The notes: generated from the sequence alone by a model not told the origin. Shown: positions 10,338-20,469, numbered from the stretch's first letter. The stretch: DNA of 64,000 bases from an uncultured virus (IMG/VR IMGVR_UViG_3300003876_000001) (IMGVR_UViG_3300003876_000001:62001-126000); one strand, 5' to 3'. Numbers and translations are program-made.

Positions 10338-10756
10338 TTGTGAAATTTTTCTTTACAATGTTCTCCTAATATTTTATTAATAATTCCAGTTGTTGATCTA
10401 CCAGTTTTAAGATTAAAATACATTATATTATTGACATGTTCAGCACCAATTACTTCCTTATCTTTATATTCTTCACCAACTACCATCATATTAATATAAT
10501 TATGTTTAATTAAAAATTTTAATTCTTCATTTGAATTAAAATAAACAACATGGTCAACGCATTCTAATGCTTCGATAATTACTCTTCTATCACTTAAAGG
10601 TATTATTGGTCTATATTTACCTTTAGATTTTCTTACTCTTTCGTCAGTATCTAACCCAACTATTAAATGGTCACCCATACTTTTAGCATATTCAAGTAAT
10701 TCAATATGACCTGAATGTAAAATATCAAAACAACCGTTTACCCAAACTTTTTTCAT
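10334..10756 (-). CDS. HldE domain II-like (RfaE2) sugar-phosphate nucleotidyltransferase
   Basis: NGCFDILHSGH, LIVGLDTD..V..KG..RPI, STTGII. Confidence 0.85.
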   Translation of the reverse strand: MKKVWVNGCFDILHSGHIELLEYAKSMGDHLIVGLDTDERVRKSKGKYRPIIPLSDRRVIIEALECVDHVVYFNSNEELKFLIKHNYINMMVVGEEYKDKEVIGAEHVNNIMYFNLKTGRSTTGIINKILGEHCKEKFHK

Positions 10757-10771
10757 GATTTTTTTATAAAT

Positions 10772-11956
10772 TTAATCGCCCTTTTCTATTCTTATTGAAT
10801 CTTCTAGAAAATCTTTTGTGGATACTTCCATAAGTATTGAATTTGTCAATGCCTGAACTTGATGTTCTGTTGATGGTAGTATTTCTATTTTATCTCCTTT
10901 AGATAATTTTAAATATTCATAATGTTCATTTGTATTTATAACACATTCAAATTTACCCCACATACATACCCATAATTCTTTTTTTAGCAGATGTTTATGC
11001 CAACTAAACTTTTTACCATTAAAGAATATTAAATATTTCAAACAATATTCGTTATGATTAACAATATGTATTTCTAAACCCCAACCCTTTTTAACTATTT
11101 TTGAGTTAGATTGTAATCCAATAAATACTTGTAACCAAAACCCCCTATTGTGATTAGTTATATTATGGCATTTTTTACATAATGTAATTAAATTATCATC
11201 TTCACAATTTTTTTTATCATAATCGATATGGTGTATTTCCAAATTTTTCTCTGATGAACATAATTGACATTTATGACCATCTCTATCTTTAATTCTATTT
11301 TTCAATTTATTATTGAAAACTCTAGGGTATTTATAGTTGTTATCATTATTTTCAATGAATTCTTTATTGTTTCCATTATTTCGTGAACACGCTAACGAAC
11401 AAAATACTCTTTTTTGTCCTTTATGTAGGTTTCTTCTTGTATATTCAAAAGATTCATTACATCTTTTGCAAACATTAGTTTCTTTATTTTCAATCCAAGA
11501 AGGATTGTTTTCATTAAGTCTCTTTTCACTCATATATTCACTTAAACATTCTCTTGAGCAAACAATCCTTTCACCATAATGTGAAAATTCTTTATTGCAA
11601 ATCAAACAATTTGTAATGTTTAAATTTTTTGATCTTTTTATACCACTAATTTGACATTTTTTTGAGCAAAAAATTCTATTCTTTTCGTGCTTAGGTACTT
11701 TAAATTCTTTCTGACATTTTTTACATGTTATTGTATATGAATTTTCAATCTTTATGTTATCATAATTTTTATTGATATCTATATTAAAACTGTTTTTATT
11801 TGCACAACTTCTACATAAATCTTTACCTTGTTTTAGATTTGAGTTGATTCTAGAATCCCACCTTCTTTCATAAAGAAGATTACAATCATCACATTTAAAT
11901 TGTAATATTTTTTTACTACTTTTTGTTGTAGGAATTTCTTGGTTTTTTACTATCAT
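10772..11956 (-). CDS. Zn-finger/HNH endonuclease fused in frame to a cupin sugar-isomerase-like domain
   Basis: Repeated C..C/FCS..C, RDGHKCQLC..HHIDY..N..LITLCKKCH (HNH); C-terminal KGWG.E..FSWH.H..KKE..HQ..EVST..DSIR..GD cupin. Confidence 0.8.
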   Translation of the reverse strand: MIVKNQEIPTTKSSKKILQFKCDDCNLLYERRWDSRINSNLKQGKDLCRSCANKNSFNIDINKNYDNIKIENSYTITCKKCQKEFKVPKHEKNRIFCSKKCQISGIKRSKNLNITNCLICNKEFSHYGERIVCSRECLSEYMSEKRLNENNPSWIENKETNVCKRCNESFEYTRRNLHKGQKRVFCSLACSRNNGNNKEFIENNDNNYKYPRVFNNKLKNRIKDRDGHKCQLCSSEKNLEIHHIDYDKKNCEDDNLITLCKKCHNITNHNRGFWLQVFIGLQSNSKIVKKGWGLEIHIVNHNEYCLKYLIFFNGKKFSWHKHLLKKELWVCMWGKFECVINTNEHYEYLKLSKGDKIEILPSTEHQVQALTNSILMEVSTKDFLEDSIRIEKGD

Positions 11957-12136
11957 GTTAATAATGGTGCTTTAATAAATCCTTGTGGATTATAATTGAT
12001 AATTTCAATATCGCCAGCAGTAATTTCATCAATATTATTAATTGATTTTACCAATTCTACTATCACCAACTTTCATTGGATTTTCAATTAATCGTTTGGT
12101 TATTTCGTAATATTGTACTTGATATGGTCTACTCAT
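11953..12136 (-). pseudogene. thyA: Thymidylate synthase remnant (N- and C-termini only)
   Basis: MSRPYQVQYYEITKRLIENPMKVGDSRIG joined out of frame to IDEITAGDIEIINYNPQGFIKAPLLT*; ATGA overlaps retained at both ends. Confidence 0.6.
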
Positions 12137-12327
12137 ATTTCTTCTTTAAAAAAAATATTATTCTTTTCTTCTTTACCGTACCAATCGTTTCTTATTTGTG
12201 TTGTTTTATTAAAAACCATTAAACAATCTGTAAGATATTCTGCAAGGATGTAATCTGGTGTATTGGAGTCATTCTCCATAGAATGTTTATTAATTAAAAC
12301 TTCTAATTCTTTCTTAAAATCTTCCAT
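12133..12327 (-). CDS. Small conserved phage protein
   Basis: LINKHSMEN.SNTPDYILAEYL pattern. Confidence 0.7.
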   Translation of the reverse strand: MEDFKKELEVLINKHSMENDSNTPDYILAEYLTDCLMVFNKTTQIRNDWYGKEEKNNIFFKEEI

Positions 12328-12509
12328 TATACTACTCTTTCTTTTAAAACATTTATTTCACCAGAAATTCTAGTCTTATCCTTATCATTAAGTTCAACCA
12401 TTTTACCTGTTGATTTCTTATTTACCTTTTCAGGTTTTTTACCTGATTTTAGTTGTGCTTCTAATCTTGTTAGTGCACTTTGTCTTCTTTCGTGTCTTCC
12501 TGCTTTCAT
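12327..12509 (-). CDS. Small basic hypothetical protein
   Basis: 60-aa coupled ORF. Confidence 0.6.
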   Translation of the reverse strand: MKAGRHERRQSALTRLEAQLKSGKKPEKVNKKSTGKMVELNDKDKTRISGEINVLKERVV

Positions 12510-12521
12510 AATTTTAATTAT

Positions 12522-12650
12522 TTAGTATGCATCTTTATATGTACAAATTTTACATTCATAGTGATCTTTATGACTATCATGCTCACAAATATCTTGAAAC
12601 GCTTTTATAAATATGTTAATCTTATATACTTTTTCAATTTCTGAATTCAT
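12522..12650 (-). CDS. Small Cys/His-rich protein (possibly truncated)
   Basis: Likely start MNSEIEK; CEHDSHKDHYECKIC. Confidence 0.45.
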   Translation of the reverse strand: MNSEIEKVYKINIFIKAFQDICEHDSHKDHYECKICTYKDAY

Positions 12651-12654
12651 AATT

Positions 12655-13209
12655 TTATTTTTTATCTGTTGAACCATAACCACCTGTTCCTCTATCTGAA
12701 TCAACTAATTCATCTGTTTCTATAAATAAAACATCTGGTAATTTAAATATTATTATTTGACCTATTCTATCACCTATTTCATATTGTTCATATATTCTAT
12801 TCATTTCAGGAATATTTTTAATTGTAATACCCTGCACCATATATTTATCAATATAATCTGAAACAGATATATCGTCTGGTATTGTGTTAATATCGATTTT
12901 AAATCTTTGTCCTTCATGATTTAATTCCCAAAATCTGAAAGATATTTCCCCTAGATACCCACTATCAATTACTCCAACAGAATTCTTTAACATTAAATCT
13001 TTTTTTGTTACAGAACTTCTAGGAAATATAAGACCAACATAACCTTCAGGTATATGCATTGCAATACCAGTACCATATTGAATATATTTATCTGTATATT
13101 TTATTGATGTACATGTTAAATCAAAACCACCATCTGGTTTATGTGCTTTTGTTGGTTCAATAGCATCTTTATGTAATTTTTTAAATTCTATTCTTGTTGC
13201 AGATATCAT
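12655..13209 (-). CDS. dut: Trimeric dUTPase
   Basis: GFDL, PRSS, GVIDSGYLGE, RIGQ, RGTGGYGST motifs; insertion before motif IV. Confidence 0.92.
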   Translation of the reverse strand: MISATRIEFKKLHKDAIEPTKAHKPDGGFDLTCTSIKYTDKYIQYGTGIAMHIPEGYVGLIFPRSSVTKKDLMLKNSVGVIDSGYLGEISFRFWELNHEGQRFKIDINTIPDDISVSDYIDKYMVQGITIKNIPEMNRIYEQYEIGDRIGQIIIFKLPDVLFIETDELVDSDRGTGGYGSTDKK

Positions 13210-13493
13210 TATTTATTGAATTCTATTTTAATCTTATTAATTATTTCCATTGCCTTATCAATTTGATCTTGGTCAATATCATCTCTTCCTTCAATTGCTT
13301 TATTAAAATTAACAATTAAATCATCAGTATATTTATTTGTATTTTTAATTTGTTTTAATGCAAACCTAGCTTGATTTCCCAAGTCTTTATTAACCATTTC
13401 TGGATAATTCATTTCATTTCCGTAAAAATCTAATGTTATTTCTAATAATTTTATTTGACTTAATAAATCTTCTACTTCTGGTTTTCTTTCCAT
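13209..13493 (-). CDS. Hypothetical protein
   Basis: 94-aa coupled ORF. Confidence 0.6.
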   Translation of the reverse strand: MERKPEVEDLLSQIKLLEITLDFYGNEMNYPEMVNKDLGNQARFALKQIKNTNKYTDDLIVNFNKAIEGRDDIDQDQIDKAMEIINKIKIEFNK

Positions 13494-13801
13494 TCGTTTA
13501 ATATATCTTTCGCTGCTGTTATTTCTGATTCAAACAGTTTAAATTCTTTTCTAAATGGATGATCACCACCTTTTATTTCTTTTACAAAAAATTTACCTTG
13601 TGAATCCGATGATTCGAATTGATCATATTTTTCTTGATCAACACCACCATACGAATAGACACCACCTCTATTAAATGAAATATATAGAGTTTCTGTTTTT
13701 GGGAAATATGTACTCATTAGGATATTTGATGAATCAAAAATACATTCTATATATCCCGTAGTTCCATCTTCTTCTGTGTGTGTTTTCGTTTGTACTATCA
13801 T
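13472..13801 (-). CDS. KTSC-domain protein
   Basis: SSNI...Y.....L.I.F..G.VY.Y..V....Y..F...S.GKFF...IK. Confidence 0.8.
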   Translation of the reverse strand: MIVQTKTHTEEDGTTGYIECIFDSSNILMSTYFPKTETLYISFNRGGVYSYGGVDQEKYDQFESSDSQGKFFVKEIKGGDHPFRKEFKLFESEITAAKDILNEWKENQK

Positions 13802-13807
13802 ATTTTA

Positions 13808-13839
13808 CAAATATAATATAAAAAAACATAAAAGTAAAG
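13808..13839 (-). promoter_or_regulatory. Early/host-sigma promoter CTTTACTTT-N15-TATATTTG
   Basis: Bacteroidetes -7 TAnnTTTG element; identical spacing at 43233 and 46952. Confidence 0.7.
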
Positions 13840-13864
13840 AGTATTTATAAAAAAGAATTAATAT
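13834..13864 (+). repeat. 31-bp direct repeat, copy 1
   Basis: GTAAAGAGTATTTATAAAAAAGAATTAATAT identical to 15862-15892. Confidence 0.95.
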
Positions 13865-13906
13865 TATGATTGGTTGTATCATATACCCATGTGGAATGAA
13901 TAAAGC

Positions 13907-15679
13907 TTAAAAATAAAGACTATATTTTAAATTTCCAGAATCATATATTTTAAAATAGTTCCTTTGAATCATTATTTCTTCTGCTGTTTTATTGGGGTTA
14001 TAGCCCTCTGAAACTAATTTATCTTTTCTAAAGTTAAACCTATAAAATCTATTTAACCCCTTAACATACCAAAAATTAGGTTTGGTAATAGTTTCTAAAT
14101 TAAAACCCAATTTTTTGTACATTTTACCATCAAAATATCTTCTATCTGCATATGATATTACTTCTTCTGGTTTATAATTATTAATAAAATATTTAAATAA
14201 TTTACTTGCACCACCAATGACTGAAGTATTTAGTTTATTACAAAATCTATACATTTCATATTCACCTTCTTTTGATTTAGATTTCATTATAACCCTTTTT
14301 TTACCAAAAGTCATTAAACTAACTAATTCATTTTCATGAAATAAACCAATTCTAATGCTTGAATTTACATTACCTTGTATATGATTATTATTAAGAAATT
14401 CTCTACTTTCTTTAGAAGTTATTTCTTTTAATTCCGTTTTCCTACCAAATATTTTATTTCCTATTAATCCTAATTTAGCCTTAATTATACTTTTAACAAT
14501 GTCAGATTTATATATCCATTCGTCTTCGAAGATATGAAGTAACTGTATTCCCTTTTCTTCACATAATTCAGTTTTATCTAAATGATAATTATTAGGTAAA
14601 AACTTATCTGAATGATAATAAAGACCATTAAATTCAATTGCTAAGTTAAAATCAGGAAGATAAATATCTAATTCTTTACCATTAAGGATTTCTCTATCAT
14701 TTTCAATAATATTTAATTTTAAATCGTTTTTCAACCAATCCTTAATTTCATTTTCTTTAATTGATGATTGTTCGGAAATTGGGTTACAGATCGTACAAAT
14801 ATTTTTTACACCATATTTTATTCTATTATATAAATTATATTTATTAATTTCAAATCCATCTAAATGATTATTACAATTGTTTTTAATTTGAAAAGAATTA
14901 TCTTTTAGTGTTATTATATCTTTTTCACTAATGTTTAGTTTATTTTTCCATATTAATTTTTTATTTAATTCTAATTTTTCTTTTAAATAGATTTTATTTT
15001 TTTCTGAAGAAACATAATATTCAACACCATATTTTTTTAAATTTGTTTCTCTTATTTTTTCTTTTATTTCTTTATTTTGGAAGGGGTGTTCAACACCATA
15101 TTTTTTTAATGAAGTTTCTTTTTTCTTTTCTTGGATTATTTTTGAATTGGATAGATTTTTTACTCCGTATTTATTATAAATCGTATTTCTTTGTTTTTCT
15201 TTTATTTTTTTAGATTGAAGAGGATGTTCCACCCCATATTTTTTTAAAAAGGTGTTTTTTCTCTTTTTTTTAGTTTCTTCATTTTGTGATATATTTTCTA
15301 CACCATATTTATTTAAATTATTTTTTATTTGTTTTTGATATTCTTTTTTGTTTTTTAAACGATGTGTAGTACCATAATTTTTGATGGACGTTATTATTTT
15401 CATTTCTTTTGTTTCGTTAGAACAAGCACTACATTTAGTGGAACAATATTTACCATATCCTCTATTGTATGATAAATATTTAACATTTTTACTATTACAT
15501 TCTTTACATTTTACTTGGGTGATGATATTATTATAATAATTAAATATTTTATTTGACCATCTTATTGAATTAGGAAAATTCACATTAAATTCATTTATCA
15601 TATTTATGAATTTAATTTCATTTTTTCTTAATAAAAAAACGTAACTTAATATTTGATGTATTTTATATTTATTCTTCAT
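13907..15679 (-). CDS. Free-standing endonuclease (KYGV repeats + Vsr/PD-(D/E)xK-like + GNAT-like domain)
   Basis: Several KKYGVE repeats; [43 protein letters not shown]. Confidence 0.8.
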   Translation of the reverse strand: MKNKYKIHQILSYVFLLRKNEIKFINMINEFNVNFPNSIRWSNKIFNYYNNIITQVKCKECNSKNVKYLSYNRGYGKYCSTKCSACSNETKEMKIITSIKNYGTTHRLKNKKEYQKQIKNNLNKYGVENISQNEETKKKRKNTFLKKYGVEHPLQSKKIKEKQRNTIYNKYGVKNLSNSKIIQEKKKETSLKKYGVEHPFQNKEIKEKIRETNLKKYGVEYYVSSEKNKIYLKEKLELNKKLIWKNKLNISEKDIITLKDNSFQIKNNCNNHLDGFEINKYNLYNRIKYGVKNICTICNPISEQSSIKENEIKDWLKNDLKLNIIENDREILNGKELDIYLPDFNLAIEFNGLYYHSDKFLPNNYHLDKTELCEEKGIQLLHIFEDEWIYKSDIVKSIIKAKLGLIGNKIFGRKTELKEITSKESREFLNNNHIQGNVNSSIRIGLFHENELVSLMTFGKKRVIMKSKSKEGEYEMYRFCNKLNTSVIGGASKLFKYFINNYKPEEVISYADRRYFDGKMYKKLGFNLETITKPNFWYVKGLNRFYRFNFRKDKLVSEGYNPNKTAEEIMIQRNYFKIYDSGNLKYSLYF

Positions 15680-15803
15680 TCATATCTCTTTTTATTATTA
15701 ATCTTAATCTTTTAGATAATGAATATCCATTTTTATTACAAAATTCTCTATATTTTTTTCTTAAATTTTCATCGATTCTGATTGTTATTTTCTTTTCTTT
15801 CAT
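15669..15803 (-). CDS. Ribbon-helix-helix (CopG/Arc-like) regulator
   Basis: 44 aa [37 protein letters not shown]; overlaps the nuclease start. Confidence 0.75.
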   Translation of the reverse strand: MKEKKITIRIDENLRKKYREFCNKNGYSLSKRLRLIIKRDMNEE

Positions 15804-15861
15804 AAGTGCTGTATTTTGCCGTACAAATATAAATACTAAGATAATAATAAAAAACAATAAT

Positions 15862-15892
15862 GTAAAGAGTATTTATAAAAAAGAATTAATAT
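15862..15892 (+). repeat. 31-bp direct repeat, copy 2 (includes late promoter motif; overlaps first two bases of next ATG)
   Basis: Identical to 13834-13864. Confidence 0.95.
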
Positions 15893-16655
15893 GGGATTAC
15901 CTAAGAAAAGCAAATTTGATATAAATTTAGAACCACCTAAAGTAGGTTCAGAATATCTCAAATATGGATTTGATAGAATTGAGCAGTTAATGCGTGATAC
16001 AGATACTAATACCAATTTCCTTCCTAGAACAATTGAATTTCATAATATAGATCAATCAATTAATGATTATGTTGATAATGGTGAATTAAAATTGATTATT
16101 GATGGTAAAAATGTACCTGTATTTTATCTTGAAAATGAAAGATGGGGTGAATTTTCTAAAACATGGAAATTTATGGACGGTGATAAAAACATTCCAACTC
16201 CATATATTACAGTTAGAAGAACAAATAAAGAAGCAGGTACTAGATTAGGTACACAATGGAGAATACCACAAGGTAAAACATTTATGTATTTAGATGTTCC
16301 CATTTTAGATGAAGGTCAAATAATTAATTTAAGATTTAAAATACCTGAACCAACGAATATTGATTTTACATATGAAGTAAGATTATTCACTAAATTTCGT
16401 GTAGATGTAAACAGTTTTGATGAAACCATATTTCCTAATTTTGCATCAAGACAAGGGTATATATTCCCTAAAGGACATCCAATGCCTGTACATTTAGAAT
16501 CAGTAGAAGAAGCTAATACAATTGAAAATATCGATGGTGATAGATTTTATGTATCTAAATATGTTTTAAAGGTTTTGGGTTATATTCAAAAAGAGGAAGA
16601 ATTTGAGATAACTAAAACGTCAAGACTACCAAGATTTGGTATAAATTTAATGTAA
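15891..16655 (+). CDS. Putative tail terminator/sheath stabiliser (gp15-like)
   Basis: VPV....ERW, P.ITV.R, P.P..IDFTYEV..FT patterns; structural context. Confidence 0.55.
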   Translation: MGLPKKSKFDINLEPPKVGSEYLKYGFDRIEQLMRDTDTNTNFLPRTIEFHNIDQSINDYVDNGELKLIIDGKNVPVFYLENERWGEFSKTWKFMDGDKNIPTPYITVRRTNKEAGTRLGTQWRIPQGKTFMYLDVPILDEGQIINLRFKIPEPTNIDFTYEVRLFTKFRVDVNSFDETIFPNFASRQGYIFPKGHPMPVHLESVEEANTIENIDGDRFYVSKYVLKVLGYIQKEEEFEITKTSRLPRFGINLM

Positions 16656-17359
16656 TGAGAAAAACTTACGAAGAACATATTGCTAGAATAAAAAAATTAT
16701 CTCTCATTACTGAAGATGAATTTATCGATCCAAATAAAGACAATCCTAATACAGGTGACAGTCCATTAGATGATGCTGTTGAATCCCCTGAATTTGCTCA
16801 TAGAATAGAATCTTTAATTAAAGATTTGGTAGATGATGTTGATGTTGATGATATAAATAGATTAGGTAATATTGTAGGTGATAGAGATGGTGTATTAACT
16901 GTTCAAGGTGAACCTGTTGATGTTAATGAATCTGGACTTGCACTTGTTGGCGGTACTTTAATTGCAGCACCTAAGATTATGAGTATGATCGGTAAAGGTG
17001 TTCGTCAATTAGGTATTAAGACAAAATCAGAATGGATTAGAAGTGCTGGTGAAGCTGCCTATGAAGCAAGTCATAAATTAGAACATGCATATCAAAATGT
17101 AATTATAAATGGTTTAAGAAAACTACCTAAATATGGTAAAGTTGAAGATGCACAACTTAGAAAAATTGCTAGTGGTATTATATTAGGTCTTACCGTTGCT
17201 GCTGGTATAGCATCATTAAGTGGATTTGCTAGTGCTGCAAAAGCAGGTAATATTGGATTATCAGCAATTGAAGGTGGACTTAGTGGTGTAAAAGGTGCTG
17301 AAGTAGCTACTGCTGCAAGAACAATGCTACCTAACATTCTAAACGGTTTATTTAAGTAG
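16655..17359 (+). CDS. Putative internal virion protein
   Basis: N-terminal EEHIARIKKLSLITE leader, acidic linker, Gly/Ala-rich hydrophobic C-terminus. Confidence 0.45.
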   Translation: MRKTYEEHIARIKKLSLITEDEFIDPNKDNPNTGDSPLDDAVESPEFAHRIESLIKDLVDDVDVDDINRLGNIVGDRDGVLTVQGEPVDVNESGLALVGGTLIAAPKIMSMIGKGVRQLGIKTKSEWIRSAGEAAYEASHKLEHAYQNVIINGLRKLPKYGKVEDAQLRKIASGIILGLTVAAGIASLSGFASAAKAGNIGLSAIEGGLSGVKGAEVATAARTMLPNILNGLFK

Positions 17360-18131
17360 TAACTTCAGTATATGTACCATCATTGTTAAATTGTTTACCA
17401 TCAGGAAATACTGGTGCTTCATTATCAAACGAATCTAAACTTTCATTAATTTTATTAGCATAATCAGCGTTTTCAAATTCATTGTATCTCATTGCATTGG
17501 TTTCTAAGGTATATGTTTTATCATCTAAAAATAGTGTACCATCGTAATATATTTTATCTTCAGTAGTATTAATAGCTTTATTTCTATTATAAAATATTTG
17601 TAATTTACCTGTTTTAGCATTATAAAACAATAATTTAATAACAAATTTGATTTCACCACCATTTAAATTTTCATTTATATACCATTCAGGTATGTAAAAA
17701 TTTGAATCTTCATTCCCTTCTTTTAAAAGAAAAGTAGTTGAAATATGCTCGATTTCATATCCGTTATGATATGAATTATGTAATAATGTTTGATTTTCAC
17801 CTACAATAGTATCATAAACTTGTAATATGTAAAAACTATTTGTAACCACATCGTTACTATTATTAATTTCATCAGGAGTAAATCCTGCATATTCTAAGCT
17901 ATTACCAAGACCTATGCCATTATAAAAGTATGGAGTAATACTTCTATTAGTTGTTGATTTATATTTAAACGTTTCACCATCAGTAATAGGATTAATAGAT
18001 AAACCAGTTTCTCTTTCTATATAATCATTAATAGATTGTTGAAGACCACCTAAATTATTGGTGGAATCTAGAGGTATTTTTATTTTAATATCTCTACCCG
18101 TAAATCTAGTCTTTTCTTTTATTAATTGCAT
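17352..18131 (-). CDS. Putative virion structural protein
   Basis: In late-motif operon with 18122 gene. Confidence 0.5.
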   Translation of the reverse strand: MQLIKEKTRFTGRDIKIKIPLDSTNNLGGLQQSINDYIERETGLSINPITDGETFKYKSTTNRSITPYFYNGIGLGNSLEYAGFTPDEINNSNDVVTNSFYILQVYDTIVGENQTLLHNSYHNGYEIEHISTTFLLKEGNEDSNFYIPEWYINENLNGGEIKFVIKLLFYNAKTGKLQIFYNRNKAINTTEDKIYYDGTLFLDDKTYTLETNAMRYNEFENADYANKINESLDSFDNEAPVFPDGKQFNNDGTYTEVTT

Positions 18132-19303
18132 ATTTCTCCTATATTATCTAATGAACTATTAGGTTCAGCATTGATTAAATTATTTTGATCAAATAATATT
18201 TGATTAAATACGTTTGATGTATTAAAATCACTTAAATCTGGTTGCATTTTAAATATTATATTTGAAAATACATAATGTCTTTGATTTATAAAAGGAAAAT
18301 TAACACCTATTTCTTCAATTGGATCAAAAAATCCATTAGGTAATAATTTTCTCCATATAAAATTACCATCATTATCAATTTGAGTTGCAAATGGTGGTAT
18401 TGTACTAGTCACTTCATAGGATGTACTACCAGTGTTTCCTCTTGTTATATTAGATTCAAGAAATTTTAATGTAATTGGTATAAATGGTTTATATTTATAT
18501 TTTAAAATTTTATTTCCTGATGTTGGTGTATCCTTATATGTTGTATTAATATAATGTTCCATTGTTTGTGGTTCATTATTATATATAAAATCAGTTTGTT
18601 CATATTGTAATTTATTGTAATTAATTACATCCCCAACAATTATATCACCAACATTTAAAGATATTGGTGTAAAATTTTGTGTGATTGTTCCACCAGTAGA
18701 ATTATAATTTTTTCTCTCCATTGTTTCTAAAACACCATTACCGTTTTGTTGTGGTTGGTATTCAATATATAATGCTAATTCTGTAATTGGAAAGTTTAAT
18801 CCATCGTATTGATCAGCAATATCAATATCTAAATTAATAACATATGTATATTGTTGTTCACTATAAATATTTTTTGCAAATCCAGAATTAAATATTTCTA
18901 CATTATTTATGTTTGCAATAATTTCATAGTTTTTTATATATCTTTCATTTGTAATTAATTCAGTAAATTCTATTGATGGTTTAACTAAATATATATTTAA
19001 ATCGCTATATATATTTTTTGTATCAGCAGATAATGGTATTAAACTAAAAAAATCACTTAACAATGTATAATCTTTAGGTAATCCATTTAATATTGAAAGG
19101 TATTCAAATTCGCCATGAAGCCTATATTTTTTAGATTCTTGTCTTTCTGTATCAAATACTTGAGTAACATCTAATACGTTTTGTATATCATATTCAAAAT
19201 TAAGGTCATTATTTGATTGTAATGGAAATTTAATTGTTGTATTCACATTTACACTATCAATATAACTATCCTCTCCTAATTGTATTTTTTCCTTTATATC
19301 CAT
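18122..19303 (-). CDS. Putative virion structural protein
   Basis: FDTERQES..YR..G and WR.L...GF.D....GVNFPF.N..HY motifs; late motif at 19311 suggests start 19303. Confidence 0.5.
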   Translation of the reverse strand: MDIKEKIQLGEDSYIDSVNVNTTIKFPLQSNNDLNFEYDIQNVLDVTQVFDTERQESKKYRLHGEFEYLSILNGLPKDYTLLSDFFSLIPLSADTKNIYSDLNIYLVKPSIEFTELITNERYIKNYEIIANINNVEIFNSGFAKNIYSEQQYTYVINLDIDIADQYDGLNFPITELALYIEYQPQQNGNGVLETMERKNYNSTGGTITQNFTPISLNVGDIIVGDVINYNKLQYEQTDFIYNNEPQTMEHYINTTYKDTPTSGNKILKYKYKPFIPITLKFLESNITRGNTGSTSYEVTSTIPPFATQIDNDGNFIWRKLLPNGFFDPIEEIGVNFPFINQRHYVFSNIIFKMQPDLSDFNTSNVFNQILFDQNNLINAEPNSSLDNIGEICN

Positions 19304-19331
19304 TCTAATCATAAATACGATTATAAAAAAA

Positions 19332-19360
19332 TGTAACCTTTATTTATTTTATTACGTATA
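19332..19360 (+). promoter_or_regulatory. ECF-sigma-like promoter TGTAACC-N16-CGTATA
   Basis: Same motif at 19904-19932 (+) and 43173-43200 (-). Confidence 0.6.
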
Positions 19361-19389
19361 TGTTAATATAAAATATAAAAATAAAAAAA

Positions 19390-19803
19390 ATGAAAAATTT
19401 AATGTCGATTTTCGCAGTAGTACTAGCACTAGGTGTTATGTCATGCGACCCAAATGAAAATTCTATTACACCTGATAATTCATTAGAGGAATATATTGAA
19501 ACTTACACACAGACAAGTTCAATGTGTTGTACTGATGAAACATCACCAATAAACCCACCATTCGATACTGGTAATGATTTTGATCAATCTTGGAAACATT
19601 TTGTTTTTATTCTTAATGCAGATGGAACTGCATTTGCCGTAAATCCAAAATACACTGGTAGTCATAATCCACAACTAGCAACTTGGGATTTAAGGGGTAA
19701 AAATATTCTGATAAAATATTATGGGACTGTTTATAATCTAAATGTTACGTCATTAACAGATAGTGGATTAGTTGCTACATATAGTGATAATCTTAATATA
19801 TAG
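19390..19803 (+). CDS. Lipoprotein
   Basis: Signal peptide with lipobox VMS-C followed by acidic DPNE. Confidence 0.8.
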   Translation: MKNLMSIFAVVLALGVMSCDPNENSITPDNSLEEYIETYTQTSSMCCTDETSPINPPFDTGNDFDQSWKHFVFILNADGTAFAVNPKYTGSHNPQLATWDLRGKNILIKYYGTVYNLNVTSLTDSGLVATYSDNLNI

Positions 19804-19819
19804 TAGATGAAATTTAATT

Positions 19820-19850
19820 AAAAACCCATAGTATATACTATGGGTTTTTT
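19820..19850. terminator. Intrinsic terminator (perfect palindrome)
   Basis: AAAAACCCATAGTAT|ATACTATGGGTTTTT. Confidence 0.85.
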
Positions 19851-19903
19851 TATACCCATTATCAATAAAAAGGTTACAATTATAAAAAAAAATATTAAAA
19901 ATT

Positions 19904-19932
19904 TGTAACCTTTATAAGAATTTTTCCGTATA
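19904..19932 (+). promoter_or_regulatory. ECF-sigma-like promoter TGTAACC-N16-CGTATA
   Basis: Second copy, upstream of second lipoprotein. Confidence 0.6.
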
Positions 19933-19955
19933 ACAAAATAAAACTATTAAAAATT

Positions 19956-20435
19956 ATGAAAAAAATGAAAAATTTAATGTCGATTTTCGCAGTAGTACTA
20001 GCACTAGGTGTTATGTCATGCGACCCAAATGAAGTTACACCAGATAATCCTAGTAATGGTATTACATTAGCAGATTTTGATGGTGTTTGGTTGAGTGAGT
20101 CTGTTACATATCAAAATGAAACCTATGATAGAAATTCTGTTTGTGGTAATTTAAGTCATCTTACTTGGCAATTAACAGATTTCAACATTAAATCAGCAGA
20201 TAATTTAATTATATTTACTGATGTATGTCGAAATAATTTTGAAAGAAATTGGGTTGTTACATTTGATCCTGAAACATTAATAATAAAATACACTATTCAA
20301 AATAGTACTGATAATATTCAATGGCAAATTACTGAATATGATTTAACTCAAAAAACAGCGACTATTAGATTAATTCATGATAGTATAACCATTAATAATG
20401 TCACAATTGGTATTTACTATCACGTTGTGAAATAA
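19956..20435 (+). CDS. Lipoprotein, lipocalin-like
   Basis: Same signal peptide as 19390; FDGVW resembles the lipocalin GxW motif. Confidence 0.75.
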   Translation: MKKMKNLMSIFAVVLALGVMSCDPNEVTPDNPSNGITLADFDGVWLSESVTYQNETYDRNSVCGNLSHLTWQLTDFNIKSADNLIIFTDVCRNNFERNWVVTFDPETLIIKYTIQNSTDNIQWQITEYDLTQKTATIRLIHDSITINNVTIGIYYHVVK

Positions 20436-20437
20436 TA

Positions 20438-20469
20438 AAAAAAACCCATCGAATTCGATGGGTTTTTTT
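20438..20469. terminator. Bidirectional intrinsic terminator (perfect palindrome)
   Basis: AAAAAAACCCATCGAA|TTCGATGGGTTTTTTT between convergent genes. Confidence 0.85.
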
